Below are positions 52,654 through 64,000 of a stretch of 64,000 nucleotides of DNA, piece after piece. Within the stretch, counting starts at the first letter, position 1, and each line of letters opens with the position of its first letter. The DNA comes from an uncultured Alphaproteobacteria bacterium (GTDB lineage: Bacteria > Pseudomonadota > Alphaproteobacteria > Rhizobiales > Xanthobacteraceae): the NCBI GenBank assembly GCA_963843235.1, contig CAWJJV010000024.1, positions 155,590-219,589 on the forward strand, read 5' to 3'. The notes under the pieces were generated by a model. That model saw nothing but the letters and a program-made list of their open reading frames with translations. It did not search any database and was not told where the DNA came from. The translations under genes were made by a program, and so were the position numbers.

Positions 52654-53655
52654 TTAGCCGAACGTGAAGGTGAAAGCGCTCAAGCCCGCTTTTGGTACCG
52701 CCAGACGCAGCACGTGCTCACCGCTGGCGCCGCTGTAGAGAGGATAAAGCTGGCTTCCCTGCACCGTGACCGGCGGCTGCGGCTGGCCATCGACCGTGAT
52801 CGACAATGTTTGCGATGATGCGCTTCCCGCGACCAAGTTTACCTTGGGCGAACGAAACCGGAGCAGGATTTCGCCACCGTCTGCCGACAAGGTGGCGTTG
52901 TCCTTGTTCAGCTTCCAGGTCCCTGAAAGAGCGAAGCGGTTTAACGGCACGGCATTGGGAGCCGTGTAGGACCTTTCCCCAGCACCGGGGCTCCGCGAAC
53001 TCACGATAGCGTCGTCATTCTTCTCGGTGCCGAAATACATTTCGGGTGATCCGATGGTGCTCAGGTCGGGATCGTCGGCTACGGTATCGGGCAAACGTTC
53101 ACCGACAAGCCGCGCGATGGCGTTTTCCATTTGCTGATAGTTGCCTTCGCCAAATTGGGTTGCGACGATCTTGCCGGACTTATCAACTAGGTACTCCGCG
53201 GGCCAATACCGGTTCTGATAAGCTTTCCAGGTGGCGAACTGGTTATCCCGCGCAACCGGATAGGTGATTGCGAAGCGTTTGATCGCAGTCTCGACATTGT
53301 TCTTCTGTCGCTCGAAGGGGAATTCGGGCGAGTGAACGCCAATGACAATGAAACCCTTGTCCTTGTATTTCTCATACCACTTCGTCACGTAGGGCAGCGT
53401 GCGCAGACAGTTGATGCATGAGTAGGTCCAGAACTGGACAAGGACCACCTTGCCTTTCAGGTCAGCCATTTTGAGCGGTGGAGAATTCAGCCAGGCGGAG
53501 ATCCCGGTAAACTCCGGCGCCTGCGTGTGATCCAATACGCTCATTTCTTCGCCGTGAACCGCACACGGGCCAAACTCTGCCGCAGTGAGAAGCACTGCAA
53601 GCGCGAGCACAACCGAAGCGAAAAATTTGCTGGGAGACGTGCGCATGGTCATCAT
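52654..53655 (-). CDS. Exported thioredoxin-like protein resembling the DipZ C-terminal half
   Basis: Signal peptide; WTYSCINC, GVHSPEF, NRYWPA, SPEMYFG, FTFG end. Confidence 0.85.
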   Translation of the reverse strand: MMTMRTSPSKFFASVVLALAVLLTAAEFGPCAVHGEEMSVLDHTQAPEFTGISAWLNSPPLKMADLKGKVVLVQFWTYSCINCLRTLPYVTKWYEKYKDKGFIVIGVHSPEFPFERQKNNVETAIKRFAITYPVARDNQFATWKAYQNRYWPAEYLVDKSGKIVATQFGEGNYQQMENAIARLVGERLPDTVADDPDLSTIGSPEMYFGTEKNDDAIVSSRSPGAGERSYTAPNAVPLNRFALSGTWKLNKDNATLSADGGEILLRFRSPKVNLVAGSASSQTLSITVDGQPQPPVTVQGSQLYPLYSGASGEHVLRLAVPKAGLSAFTFTFG

Positions 53656-53807
53656 CCAATCTGGCGTCTTGCTTAAAACCTGAAGGCGGCGCGGCGACTA
53701 TCGTGTCGTAGCGTGCGGTGGCGGCGGATCGGGATGGCCTGCCCGATCAACGCGCATCCTGCGGACCGTGCATTTCAGTCCGCAGGAACTTCGCAAGCCG
53801 GAGTCGA

Positions 53808-54875
53808 TCAGAAATTATCTACGTCAATGACCGCCTGGGCGAAGGCCTGCGGCGCTTCCTGCGGCAGGTTATGACCGATGCCGCCATCGATGGTCCGGTG
53901 GGCATATTTACCGGAGAATTTGTTGCGGTAGGAAGCGGGCTCCGGGTGCGGCGCACCGTTGGCATCGCCTTCAAGCGTAATGGTGGGCACGCCGATGACC
54001 GGAGCTTCGGCAAGACGTTTTTCCAGGTCGTCATATTTCGCCTCACCCTCCGCCAGGCCAAGCCGCCAGCGGTAATTATGAATCACGACAGACACCTGAT
54101 CCGGATTGTCGAGGGCCGCCGCTGAGCGATCGAACGTCGCGTCATCGAAGCTCCACTTCGGTGAAGCGATCTGCCAGATGAGCTTCGCAAAGTCATGCCG
54201 ATACTTGGTGTACCCGGCCCGCCCGCGTTCGGTGGCAAAATAATATTGGTACCACCACTGCAGCTCAGCTTTCGGCGGCAACGGCATCTTGCCGGATTCC
54301 TGATTGCCGATCAGATAGCCGCTCACGGAGACAAGCGCCTTGCAACGCTCCGGCCAGAGCGCTGCAACGATGCAGGCCGTTCGCGCTCCCCAGTCGAAAC
54401 CGGCAACGGTCGCCTTCTCGATCTTGAGGGCATCCATCAAGGCGATGACATCGACGGCGACCACCGACTGCTGGCCATTGCGGATCGTCTCGTCCGAAAG
54501 AAAGCGCGTCGTGCCATAGCCGCGCAAATAGGGAACAATCACCCGGTAGCCCGCCAACGCCAGCGAAGGCGTGACATCGACAAAACTGTAAATGTCATAG
54601 GGCCAGCCGTGCAGAAGAATGACCACGGGACCACTGGCAGGGCCGGCCTCAGCGTAGCCGACATTGAGGGTACCGGCATTGATCTGCTTCAGCACACCGA
54701 ACGACGTGTTGGTCCCCGGCTTGATCCTGGGCAGATCCACCGTCTTTGCCTTGCCGGATTGAGCGTCCGCCGATCCGCTCAGAACAAACTGGGCGGCAGC
54801 AAGGGTCATGGCCGCGGTGCCAAAAAAGCGCCGGCGATCGTAATTGATTTCATCTGATGTCTTGAGGGTAGCCAT
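53808..54875 (-). CDS. Alpha/beta hydrolase (epoxide-hydrolase-like) with Tat-like leader
   Basis: RRRFFGTAA; LLHGWPY, GFDWGAR, GHNLPQEAP. Confidence 0.9.
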   Translation of the reverse strand: MATLKTSDEINYDRRRFFGTAAMTLAAAQFVLSGSADAQSGKAKTVDLPRIKPGTNTSFGVLKQINAGTLNVGYAEAGPASGPVVILLHGWPYDIYSFVDVTPSLALAGYRVIVPYLRGYGTTRFLSDETIRNGQQSVVAVDVIALMDALKIEKATVAGFDWGARTACIVAALWPERCKALVSVSGYLIGNQESGKMPLPPKAELQWWYQYYFATERGRAGYTKYRHDFAKLIWQIASPKWSFDDATFDRSAAALDNPDQVSVVIHNYRWRLGLAEGEAKYDDLEKRLAEAPVIGVPTITLEGDANGAPHPEPASYRNKFSGKYAHRTIDGGIGHNLPQEAPQAFAQAVIDVDNF

Positions 54876-54958
54876 GGGTGAATCTCCTTGTCCGGGCGGT
54901 GAAGTAAGCTGCGCGTTGGCGAGATGACCGGTCCGATAAATACGATGACCGGTCCGGC

Positions 54959-55015
54959 TCAGAGCACGTTGATGACGACGTCGATGTTGCCGCGCGTAGC
55001 CGGAGTGTTGGTCAT
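54959..55015 (-). pseudogene. ohr: 18-codon ohr remnant (MTNTPATRGNIDVVINVL)
   Basis: ATRGNIDV matches the conserved Ohr C-terminus (CPYSxATRGNIDV); lies divergent from an OhrR-like gene. Confidence 0.75.
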
Positions 55016-55040
55016 CGCTCAGCCATCGTCAAATTTACAC

Positions 55041-55120
55041 GTACACGATTTAATCGTGCACGATCATTGTTATTTGGACTGACTATCGATGTCAACTCTT
55101 CCGATTTAATCGCATACGAT
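55041..55120. promoter_or_regulatory. Two OhrR-type operator candidates
   Basis: GTACACGATT-T-AATCGTGCAC (55041-55061); CGATTTAATCG-N4-CGAT at both 55046 and 55102. Confidence 0.7.
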
Positions 55121-55168
55121 ATATATCAACCTAGACGTCATTCATCGTGTAATTTTGCAAGGACGCAG

Positions 55169-55630
55169 ATGAACCCCGCTGATCCGTCAGATCCGACAAA
55201 TCCGAAGCTCGCCGACTTCCTGTGCTTTGCGATCTACTCCGCCAATCTCGCCTATGGTCGGGCCTATAAACCGATCCTCGAGGAGCTTGGTCTCACCTAC
55301 ACGCAATACATCGCGATCGTGGCGCTGTGGGAGCAAGACAATCAGACCGTCAGCAGCCTGGGGGAGAAGCTGTTTCTCGAATCCAACACGCTGACACCTA
55401 TCCTGAAGAAGCTGGAGGGAATGGGTTACCTCCACCGACAGCGCGATCCCACGGATGAACGCCAAGTCCTGGTCAGCCTGACGGACGCAGGCCGCCGCCT
55501 GCGGGAGAAAGGGTTGGGGATGAATCTGGTGAAGGCGTCCGGCCTGACGCCGGAAGAATTCGGCAAAATGCAAAAGGGAGTCGTCACGCTGCGCAGCAAT
55601 CTCATCAAGGCCGCACAGGGCGAGCGATAG
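55169..55630 (+). CDS. ohrR: MarR family regulator, OhrR-like
   Basis: DFLCFAIYSAN (peroxide-sensing Cys), LGLTYTQY, LESNTLTPILKKLE, RDPTDERQV. Confidence 0.8.
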   Translation: MNPADPSDPTNPKLADFLCFAIYSANLAYGRAYKPILEELGLTYTQYIAIVALWEQDNQTVSSLGEKLFLESNTLTPILKKLEGMGYLHRQRDPTDERQVLVSLTDAGRRLREKGLGMNLVKASGLTPEEFGKMQKGVVTLRSNLIKAAQGER

Positions 55631-55714
55631 TTGCTCGAGATTGTTCTGCCCGCGCTCGCGATCCGATTGTCCGCGTGAAACGGCACTAGTAAGCACGGCC
55701 AGCCGGCCCGGCCG

Positions 55715-57179
55715 TCACGAATACTGCATCACCCCGTCGTCGACCTTGCCGAAGCGCAGGCTGACGATGTCGAGCGCGTAGTTTTGATAGAGCCGCCACG
55801 GGCGTTTCGATCCCTGCTTCGGCAGCTTCGCGATCGATCGCTGCACATATCCGGACGAGAAACTCAGCGAGGGCAATTCGGTGATGGTGGGATCGACGTT
55901 GTGCGGCATGCATTGCCGATAGCCGCGGCGATCCATGTAGTTGATCAGGCGGCAGACATATTCGCAGGTCAGGTCGCATTTCAGCGTCCACGACGCGTTG
56001 GTGTAGCCGAGCGCGGACGCGAGATTAGGCACGTCCGAATACATCATGCCCTTGTAGTTCAGGGCGCGCGCGAAATCGACCGCGCGGCCGTCGACACTGA
56101 CGTCGATGCCGCCGAGCACCTGCAGATTGAGCCCGGTGGCGGTGACGATGATGTCGGCCTCGAGTTCGCTGCCGCCCTTCAGGCGGATGCCTTTTTCGGT
56201 GAATGTGTCGATCTGGTCGGTCACGACAGAGGCGCGGTTTTGCCGGATCGCCCGGAACAGATCGCCATCCGGCACCAGGCACAGCCGCTGGTCCCAGGGA
56301 TTGTAGCGCGGCGTGAAATGGGTGCCGATGTCGTAGTCCGGCCCCAGCGCCATTTTGACGCCGCCGAGGATCAACTGCTTGACCCGCTCCGGCTTGCGGC
56401 GCGCAGAGCTGGAAGAAATACATCCCGAACATCACGTTGCGCCAGCGGATCAGGTGATAGGCGAGTTTTGCGGGCAACTTCGCGCGCAGTTTGTTGGCGA
56501 GTGGGTCCTGCGCCGGGCGCGCGACCACATAGGTCGGCGAGCGCTGCAGCATGGTGACATGCGCGGCCTGCTTCGCCATCTCCGGCACCAGCGTCACCGC
56601 GGTCGCGCCCGAACCGATCACCACCACGCGCTTGCCGGCGTAGTCGACGTCGTCGGTCCATTTCTGCGGATGCACGATGCGGCCGGCGAAATCCTTGGCG
56701 CCCGGAAATTCCGGCGAATAGCCGTTCTCGTAATTGTAGTAGCCGGAGCACATGAACAGGAAATTGCAGGTGAAGCGGATCGTCTCCGTCGCGCCTTCGC
56801 CGGTGGTGCGTTCGGCCTCCACGGTCCAGCGCGCCTGCGGCGACGACCAGGCCGCCCGCTTGACCCGGTGGTTGAAGCGGATCTTGTTCTCGATGCCGTT
56901 CTCGGCAGCGGTCTCGCGGACGTAATTCAGGATCCGCGGCCCGTCCGCAATCGCCTTCGGCTCGGTCCACGGCTTGAACGAATAGCCCAGCGTGAACATG
57001 TCGCTGTCGGAGCGGATGCCGGGATAACGAAACAGATCCCAGGTGCCGCCGATGCAATCGCGGCCTTCGAGAATGACGTAGCGCTTGCCCGGGCACTTCT
57101 CCTGCAGGTGATAGCCCGCGCCGATGCCGGACAAGCCGGCACCGACGATCAACACGTCGAAATGTTCGTTGTTATCCAT
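55715..57179 (-). CDS. Flavin-containing Baeyer-Villiger-type monooxygenase (EthA/AlmA-like); frameshift near 56405
   Basis: VGAGLSG, GGTWDLFRYPGIRSDSD, FAGRIVHPQKW fingerprint, IGSGATA, ATG. Confidence 0.9.
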
Positions 57180-57237
57180 GATCGGGCTCTCCCTACCCGA
57201 AAGTAATGCGGAGGGTGAGCAAAAATGCAACTTGCTT

Positions 57238-57658
57238 TTAGCCAGCTGCTGCCAGAGCGACCTTTGCAGTGTCGAAATACTCGTAGAATTCAACGGCTTT
57301 TCCGTTACGGAATCGCCAAAAATCGACCTTGGGCGTTTCCGACCAGCCTGCCGGTTTTCCTGTTCGTCCATGAACACGAACCGCGAGCGACAACCGCGTC
57401 GCCTTGCGCAACATATTCGTCGATCCTGTAATGGATCATCTCCCAATCCTTACGCAGCGCATCGAAATAGTCGCGCAGCTCCGTCTTGCCGTTGTACTGC
57501 CTGGCGAATTCAAGCGGCGCAGCACCACGCGGAATCGAACCGAACGAAATGTCATCGTCAAGAAAGGCGAAGAAGCGATCGACGCTATTGCCCTTCGTTT
57601 CATGCCACTGGCGATAAGCTTCCTTGAGAATTTCAACGTTCGCAACTTCGTTCGACAT
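57238..57658 (-). CDS. NTF2/SnoaL-like protein; frameshift near 57343
   Basis: Removing one base gives ...TGRLVETPKVDFWRFRNGKAVEFYEYFDTAKVALAAAG-stop at 57238. Confidence 0.75.
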
Positions 57659-57767
57659 AATCGCCTCCCAAAGTTTTCCGATCGCAGAAAGTGTCCGTCG
57701 ACTTGACCAACCGGTCCGGAAGAATAGCACATTTTTCCCGAGCTACTATAGATTGCGTCAACACAAC

Positions 57768-57796
57768 AGAAAAAGCCCCGGATCGCTCCGGGGCTT
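57768..57796 (-). terminator. Intrinsic terminator after ahcY
   Basis: Minus strand AAGCCCCGGA-gcga-TCCGGGGCTT-TTTC. Confidence 0.75.
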
Positions 57797-57854
57797 GCTG
57801 ACGTTCTGGCGTTTATTTCAAGACGACGCCTGCCACGGCGCATCCTGCCTTAAA

Positions 57855-59285
57855 TCAATACCGGTAATGGTCCGCCTTGAACGGGCCTTCCGTTTTGACG
57901 CCGATATAGTCGGCCTGGTCGGGCCGCAGTTTTGTAAGTTTCACGCCAATCTTGGCGAGGTGCAGCCGCGCGACCTTCTCGTCGAGCGACTTCGGCAGCA
58001 CGTAGACCTTCTTCTCGTACTTGCCGCCCTTGTTGTTGGCGAACAGCTCGATCTGCGCCAGCGTCTGGTTGGTGAACGAGGCCGACATCACGAAGCTCGG
58101 ATGGCCCATGGCATTGCCGAGGTTCACCAGGCGGCCCTCCGACAGCAGGATGATGCGATGCTTGTCGGGGAATTCGATCTCGTCGACCTGCGGCTTGATG
58201 TTGGTCCATTTCAGATTGCGCAAACCTGCGATCTGGATCTCGTTGTCGAAGTGACCGATGTTGCAGACGATCGCCCGATCCTTCATCGCGCGCATATGCT
58301 CGATGGTGATGATGTCCTTGTTGCCGGTCGCCGTGACGAAGATGTCGGCGCGGGGCGCCGCGTCTTCCATGGTGACGACCTCATAGCCCTCCATCGCCGC
58401 CTGCAGCGCGCAGATCGGATCGACCTCGGACACCATGACGCGGCAGCCGGCCTGGCGCAGCGACGCCGCCGAACCCTTGCCGACGTCGCCGAAGCCCGCG
58501 ACCATCGCCACCTTGCCCGACATCATGACATCGGTGCCGCGGCGGATGCCGTCGACCAGCAATTCGCGGCAACCATAGAGGTTGTCGAACTTCGACTTGG
58601 TGACGCTGTCGTTGACGTTGATCGCCGGGAACAGCAGCTTGCCTTCCTTCTCCATGGTGTAGAGCCGGTGCACGCCCGTGGTGGTCTCTTCCGAGACGCC
58701 CTTGATGTTCTTGGCGATCTCGGCGAACCAGCCCTTGGGCTTTTCCTTCAACAGCCGCTTGATCAGGGCGAAGAAAACTTCCTCTTCCTCGGAGCCCGGC
58801 TTGTCGAGAAACGCCACGTCGCCGTTCTCGGCGCGCAGGCCGTGATGCACCAGCATGGTGGCGTCGCCGCCGTCGTCGAGGATCATGTTGGGCGTGCCGC
58901 CGCCATGCCAGTCGAACAGCTTGGCGGTGTAATCCCAATATTCGGCGAGGGTCTCACCCTTGATCGCGAACACCGGAATGCCGGCGGCCGCGATCGCGGC
59001 CGCGGCGTGGTCCTGCGTCGAGTAGATGTTGCAGGAGACCCAGCGAATGTCGGCGCCGAGGGCCGCCAGCGTCTCGATCAGCACGGCGGTCTGGATGGTC
59101 ATGTGCAGCGAGCCGGCGATCCGCGCGCCCTTCAGGGGCTGCTTCGGGCCGTATTCCTCGCGTGTCGCCATCAGGCCGGGCATCTCGGTCTCGGCGAGCG
59201 AGATTTCCTTGCGGCCGAATTCGGCGAGCGACATGTCCTTGACGATATAGTCGGTGAAGGCGGGCTTCTTGGCGGTGGCGGTCAT
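57855..59285 (-). CDS. ahcY: Adenosylhomocysteinase
   Basis: [60 protein letters not shown]. Confidence 0.98.
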   Translation of the reverse strand: MTATAKKPAFTDYIVKDMSLAEFGRKEISLAETEMPGLMATREEYGPKQPLKGARIAGSLHMTIQTAVLIETLAALGADIRWVSCNIYSTQDHAAAAIAAAGIPVFAIKGETLAEYWDYTAKLFDWHGGGTPNMILDDGGDATMLVHHGLRAENGDVAFLDKPGSEEEEVFFALIKRLLKEKPKGWFAEIAKNIKGVSEETTTGVHRLYTMEKEGKLLFPAINVNDSVTKSKFDNLYGCRELLVDGIRRGTDVMMSGKVAMVAGFGDVGKGSAASLRQAGCRVMVSEVDPICALQAAMEGYEVVTMEDAAPRADIFVTATGNKDIITIEHMRAMKDRAIVCNIGHFDNEIQIAGLRNLKWTNIKPQVDEIEFPDKHRIILLSEGRLVNLGNAMGHPSFVMSASFTNQTLAQIELFANNKGGKYEKKVYVLPKSLDEKVARLHLAKIGVKLTKLRPDQADYIGVKTEGPFKADHYRY

Positions 59286-59330
59286 AACAATATCCTGCGG
59301 TCAGAGTGGTTTCGCTGGCGCTATTGACTA

Positions 59331-59461
59331 AGCCCTCTCCCCTCGCGGGAGAGGGCTGCGCGAACGGTCGCAATAAACTCGGCTCGGTGAGGGGGATATT
59401 TTGAACCCCTCACCCGCTTTTGCTTCGAAAAAAGGCACCCTCTCCCGCAAGCGAGATAGGG
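59331..59461. repeat. CCCTCTCCC...GGGAGAGGG hairpin-array intergenic element
   Basis: gccctctccc-tcgc-gggagagggc; ggtgagggg...cccctcacc; accctctccc...; same architecture as 42403-42557. Confidence 0.75.
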
Positions 59462-59469
59462 AAGAAAGC

Positions 59470-60666
<1,197 letters not shown>

Positions 60667-60725
60667 CAAGCAACCTCTTTTTTCGCGGGACCTCGCGGCC
60701 CTTGTGGTGTGTTTGTCCTGAGATG

Positions 60726-62081
60726 TCAGTCTCGACGACGCGAGATGACGTAGGATTCGTCGTAGAACCAGAGCCCGTTATGCTTGCGCAAAACCTCTCT
60801 GGCGGCATCGAGAGGAAGGCTGCTTTGAGCCATCTCCGTTAGCCGGTCGTCTTCGATCTGGGCGACATACACCGCCGCATTCCAGGCTGCAAAGGCCGTC
60901 GAGGTTCCGATCGATCCGGTGACCTCATTGGGCAGAGCTTCCATATCATAGCGGAAGATGGAGCGGTTATCCGCGTAGGCATTAAAGTTAAGGTCGCGCC
61001 CGGCGGAACCCAGCTCATACTTCACCGTGCGCAATATTTCGTGGCGGCTTACGGCGAAAGGATTTTCTCCCGGCCAGACCGCCTGGATCATCTCAAGGCC
61101 CGGATCTTCGCCATGGGAGTGAATTCCAATCAAGCGACCGCCCGCCCGCAGCGCCCGTGCCAGCGGCCCAATGATGCGCTTGGCACGGAAATTAACCGAG
61201 GATTTGGCCCGGTAGGGCTGCGAGGCGATAATCAAGTCGAAATTGGCCTCGGTACGCCCGGCGCGCGGAATGATCGAATCGAGCAAGAAACGATGATCTT
61301 CCCGGTACAGCACGATCGCGACCGGCCGCTCATAGACCGGCATGCCCGAGCGCGGGCTGACATTGGCCCGCCAGTTCTGCTCCAGAAACGCTCCGAGTTC
61401 GGTGATCTGGGTCTCGAAGTCACCCGATGAGGCGCCGCGCAGCGGCACCTCGTGCCAAACCATTCCGGCAGCCGCCGCCGGTGAGGCAGGCGTCAGCCAG
61501 GGCGCTTCGGCGTAATACATGTTGGTCAGCACAAAGACGGTCGCGGGGTGTTCGAACAGTCGGTCCGGCACCTTGTCCAGCGTCAATCGGACATCTTCAA
61601 GGCTGAGCTCCTTGCCGGCGATGTAAAACGGCATGTGCGGAAAGCGGCCGTGCATCGAGCGCATCACCCGCGCCAGCACGGTGCCGTCGCCGCAACCGGC
61701 ATCGAATACCCGCAGCGCCGGCGGGCGGGGATGGATACTGGAAAGCTCCAATGCCACCCGCTCCGCGATCATCCGCTTCTCGCTGCAGGTGTGGACGAAC
61801 AGCAGGTATTTCTGCCGGTTCTCGAAAAACCGGAAATTGCTCCGGGGATCACGCCTTTCGGGTGGGACTTCGATACCCCGCGGCGGTGGCACCCCACCCG
61901 GCGTCGAAGCGGCGATATAGGCCTGAATGCGATCAAGGGTGTCGACGGTGATGCGTTTGCCTTCGCGCAGCCGGTGTACCAACTTGCCGTCATTGACTGC
62001 CCGGCGGCCAAAGGTCGATTCCGCCATATCGGCCTGGCGGCAGAATTCGGAAATTCGACTGAGAAGCCGGTCGTTTTTCAT
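60726..62081 (-). CDS. Uncharacterised fusion: N-terminal Cro/XRE-like HTH plus class I SAM-methyltransferase-like domain
   Basis: [24 protein letters not shown]-domain; Pro-rich linker; VFDAGCGDG motif I; [10 protein letters not shown]. Confidence 0.7.
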   Translation of the reverse strand: MKNDRLLSRISEFCRQADMAESTFGRRAVNDGKLVHRLREGKRITVDTLDRIQAYIAASTPGGVPPPRGIEVPPERRDPRSNFRFFENRQKYLLFVHTCSEKRMIAERVALELSSIHPRPPALRVFDAGCGDGTVLARVMRSMHGRFPHMPFYIAGKELSLEDVRLTLDKVPDRLFEHPATVFVLTNMYYAEAPWLTPASPAAAAGMVWHEVPLRGASSGDFETQITELGAFLEQNWRANVSPRSGMPVYERPVAIVLYREDHRFLLDSIIPRAGRTEANFDLIIASQPYRAKSSVNFRAKRIIGPLARALRAGGRLIGIHSHGEDPGLEMIQAVWPGENPFAVSRHEILRTVKYELGSAGRDLNFNAYADNRSIFRYDMEALPNEVTGSIGTSTAFAAWNAAVYVAQIEDDRLTEMAQSSLPLDAAREVLRKHNGLWFYDESYVISRRRD

Positions 62082-62320
62082 TGGGCCAGGAGGTTGGGAA
62101 ATACCGGTGGGCAGTCGTGATTGACTGATGGGTCCTACCATCATCTGCCCACCGGGGCTAGCCCCCCGGCGGCAGGCCTACCCAAGCGTGGCGATATGCC
62201 GCCTCGCTTGGCGATCGGCCCGTTTTGATGCGGAACGCATCCTGTTGCGCAGTGTCGTGGCCGCAAGAATAGGGCCGCAGGGCTGGCCCCCCGTCGCGCA
62301 CGCCTCACAATAAGGCGGCG

Positions 62321-63439
62321 CTACTTCCCCCACACCTCATTCGCGATATCGACCGCGAGCTTCAATTTTGCCCACTGCTCGTCCTCGGTGAGGATGTTGC
62401 CCTCCTCGGTGGAAGCAAAGCCGCATTGCGGCGACAGCGCGAGTTGGTCCAGCGGGGCGAACCGGGACGCCTCCTCCAGCCGGCGCTTGATGTCGTCCTT
62501 TTTCTCCAGCGCGCCGGTCTTCGAGGTGATGAGGCCCACCACCACGATCTTGTTGCCCTTCGGCAGGTAGCGCAGCGGCTCGAAACCGCCGGCCCGGTCG
62601 GAATCATATTCCAGGAAATAGCCGTCGTAGTTGGTGCCGGCCAGCATGGTCTCCGCGACCGGCTCATAGCCGCCGGACGAAATCCAGGTGGAGCGAAAAT
62701 TGCCGCGACAGACATGCGTGGTGATCACCATGTCGGCCGGCCGCTCGGATATCGCGTAGTTGATGACGCGCGCATAGATCTCCTGCAATCCATCCGGATT
62801 GTCGCCGCGCTCGCGCGCCTTCCTCAACTCGTCCTGCGAGCAGAGATAGGCCCACACCGTGTCGTCGAACTGCAGATAGCGGCAGCCGGCGTCGTAAAAG
62901 GCTTTGACGGCCTTGCGGTAGGTCTTGCCGAGGTCTTCGAAGAAGCCGTCGAGGGTGGGATACACATCTTTCGAGATCGAGTTGCGGCCGCCGCGGAAAT
63001 GCAGCACGGCGGGCGACGGGATCGTCATCTTCGCCGTCACATGGGCGATGTCGCACTGCCGCTTCAGAAACTTGAAATGCGCCAGCATCGGATGATCGGC
63101 GGGGAAATCCAGCTTGCCGATCACGCGGATGGCGTCGTGCCGGGTCTGGACGCCGGCGAACTGGATGCCCTCGCTGGGGTGAAACAGTTCGCAGCCGGTG
63201 AGACGGCTAAGAAAGTCGAAATGCCACCATGAGCGACGGAATTCGCCGTCGGTCGCGAGCTTCAGGCCGGTCGACGCCTGCTTATGCACGACCTTTTCGA
63301 TCTCCATATCCTCGACCTTGCGCAGATCGTCGGCCGAAATCTTGCCGCTCTCCAGCCGGGCACGCGCTTCCTTGATGCGCGGCGGCCGCAACAGGCTGCC
63401 GACCTCGTCGGCGCGAAACGGAGCTTTGGTTCGCTGCAT
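62321..63439 (-). CDS. Cobalamin-independent methionine synthase II family protein
   Basis: RADEVGSLLRP, TDGEFRR, YLQFDD, HVCRGN, FLEYD, LSPQCGFAS. Confidence 0.9.
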   Translation of the reverse strand: MQRTKAPFRADEVGSLLRPPRIKEARARLESGKISADDLRKVEDMEIEKVVHKQASTGLKLATDGEFRRSWWHFDFLSRLTGCELFHPSEGIQFAGVQTRHDAIRVIGKLDFPADHPMLAHFKFLKRQCDIAHVTAKMTIPSPAVLHFRGGRNSISKDVYPTLDGFFEDLGKTYRKAVKAFYDAGCRYLQFDDTVWAYLCSQDELRKARERGDNPDGLQEIYARVINYAISERPADMVITTHVCRGNFRSTWISSGGYEPVAETMLAGTNYDGYFLEYDSDRAGGFEPLRYLPKGNKIVVVGLITSKTGALEKKDDIKRRLEEASRFAPLDQLALSPQCGFASTEEGNILTEDEQWAKLKLAVDIANEVWGK

Positions 63440-63493
63440 GGTGTTCACCCCCGAAAATCAGTCATTGCCGATGGAATAGAGCATCCCAAATTC

Positions 63494-63580
63494 GTTCGTT
63501 GCGAGCACAAGCGAAGCAATCCAGAAATGCTGTTAAGCTGGCCTGCCTCGCCGCTCGCTCGCGTTCCTCGCGATGACGGC
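63494..63580. repeat. Degenerate GTCATTGCGAG-family palindromic element
   Basis: cgttgcgagcacaagcgaagcaatccag...cctcgcgatgacgg. Confidence 0.6.
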
Positions 63581-63591
63581 GAACGTGCTCC

Positions 63592-64000
63592 TCAGGATTT
63601 CCCCGTCACGCCGAGATAGCGTCCGAGTGGCGCGGGATCGGCCTTGAGGGCCGCACTCGCCGCGTCATGAACGATCGCGCCGCGCTCCAATATCACAACG
63701 CGATCGGCGAGCCCCAGAATCTTTTGTGCGTTCTGCTCGACGATGATCGAACAAGTGCCGCCTGACCGGGTGATGGTGCCGAGCGCCTTTAGGAGTTCAT
63801 CAACGATAATCGGGGCGAGCCCTTCGGTCGGCTCGTCCAATAGCAGCACCTTCGGATTGAGCGTGAGCGCGCGGCCGATCGCGAGCATCTGCTGCTCGCC
63901 ACCGGAAAGCTGGTTGCCGAAATTGTTGCGCCGCTCCTTCAGCCGCGGAAACATCTCGTAGACTTTCGCGACCGTCCACGGCCCCGGCTGCGCCACCGCG
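63592..64000 (-). CDS. LivF-like ABC ATP-binding protein, 3' part
   Basis: FPRLKERR..GNQLSGGEQQMLAIGRAL, LLDEPTEGLAP, VEQN. Confidence 0.9.
   Translation of the reverse strand, partial: AVAQPGPWTVAKVYEMFPRLKERRNNFGNQLSGGEQQMLAIGRALTLNPKVLLLDEPTEGLAPIIVDELLKALGTITRSGGTCSIIVEQNAQKILGLADRVVILERGAIVHDAASAALKADPAPLGRYLGVTGKS

Noticed and set aside
52640-52690. CGCGCGGCGATTTAGCCG resembling the 5' end of a SAM-II riboswitch
   Set aside because: Overlaps the stop of the thioredoxin gene, lacks the 3' pairing and A-rich tail, and has no met gene downstream.
54923-54955. 12-bp direct repeat GATGACCGGTCC at 54923 and 54944
   Set aside because: Only two copies in a short spacer with no supporting context; may be a local duplication.
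23900-57400. Programmed ribosomal frameshifting or phase variation at the broken genes
   Set aside because: No consistent slippery heptamers or long homopolymer tracts at the breaks I inspected; the breaks are too many and hit unrelated genes.
58555-58575. AhcY GCRELL instead of the usual GCRESL
   Set aside because: A single-base difference in an error-rich assembly; cannot be trusted.
59286-59469. Possible SAH riboswitch upstream of ahcY
   Set aside because: The conserved SAH-riboswitch elements are not visible; the space is filled by a hairpin repeat element.

Overview
GC-rich alphaproteobacterial chromosome segment, most like Bradyrhizobium/Nitrobacteraceae (inferred from gene content and repeat families). 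In order: the 3' part of a giant repeat-rich polar-growth protein (GPR/RgsE-like), an MlaEFD-type ABC system, dgcA, a plcP-agt phosphate-starvation lipid remodelling pair with a Pho-box-like site, thiD, an Lrp-domain gene followed by two surface-modification genes (PIG-B/Alg9-like GT22 and OafA-like acyltransferase), c-type cytochromes, a form-II CoxL-like molybdoprotein, a ~22 kb LPS/lipid A cluster (murJ to msbA), a ~640 nt highly structured intergenic element, an OhrR-like locus whose ohr gene is reduced to 18 codons, and a SAM-cycle cluster (metE-like, an HTH-methyltransferase fusion, metK, ahcY). About 20 single-base frameshifts hit even murJ and msbA, so they are most likely sequencing errors. 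No tRNA, rRNA, CRISPR array, integrase or transposase was recognised. Best leads: the structured element at 47.7-48.3 kb, the HTH-MTase fusion before metK, the decayed lrp duplicate between the cargo genes, the GT22 enzyme, the ohr mini-gene and a tandem array of the last five codons of mlaF including its stop.
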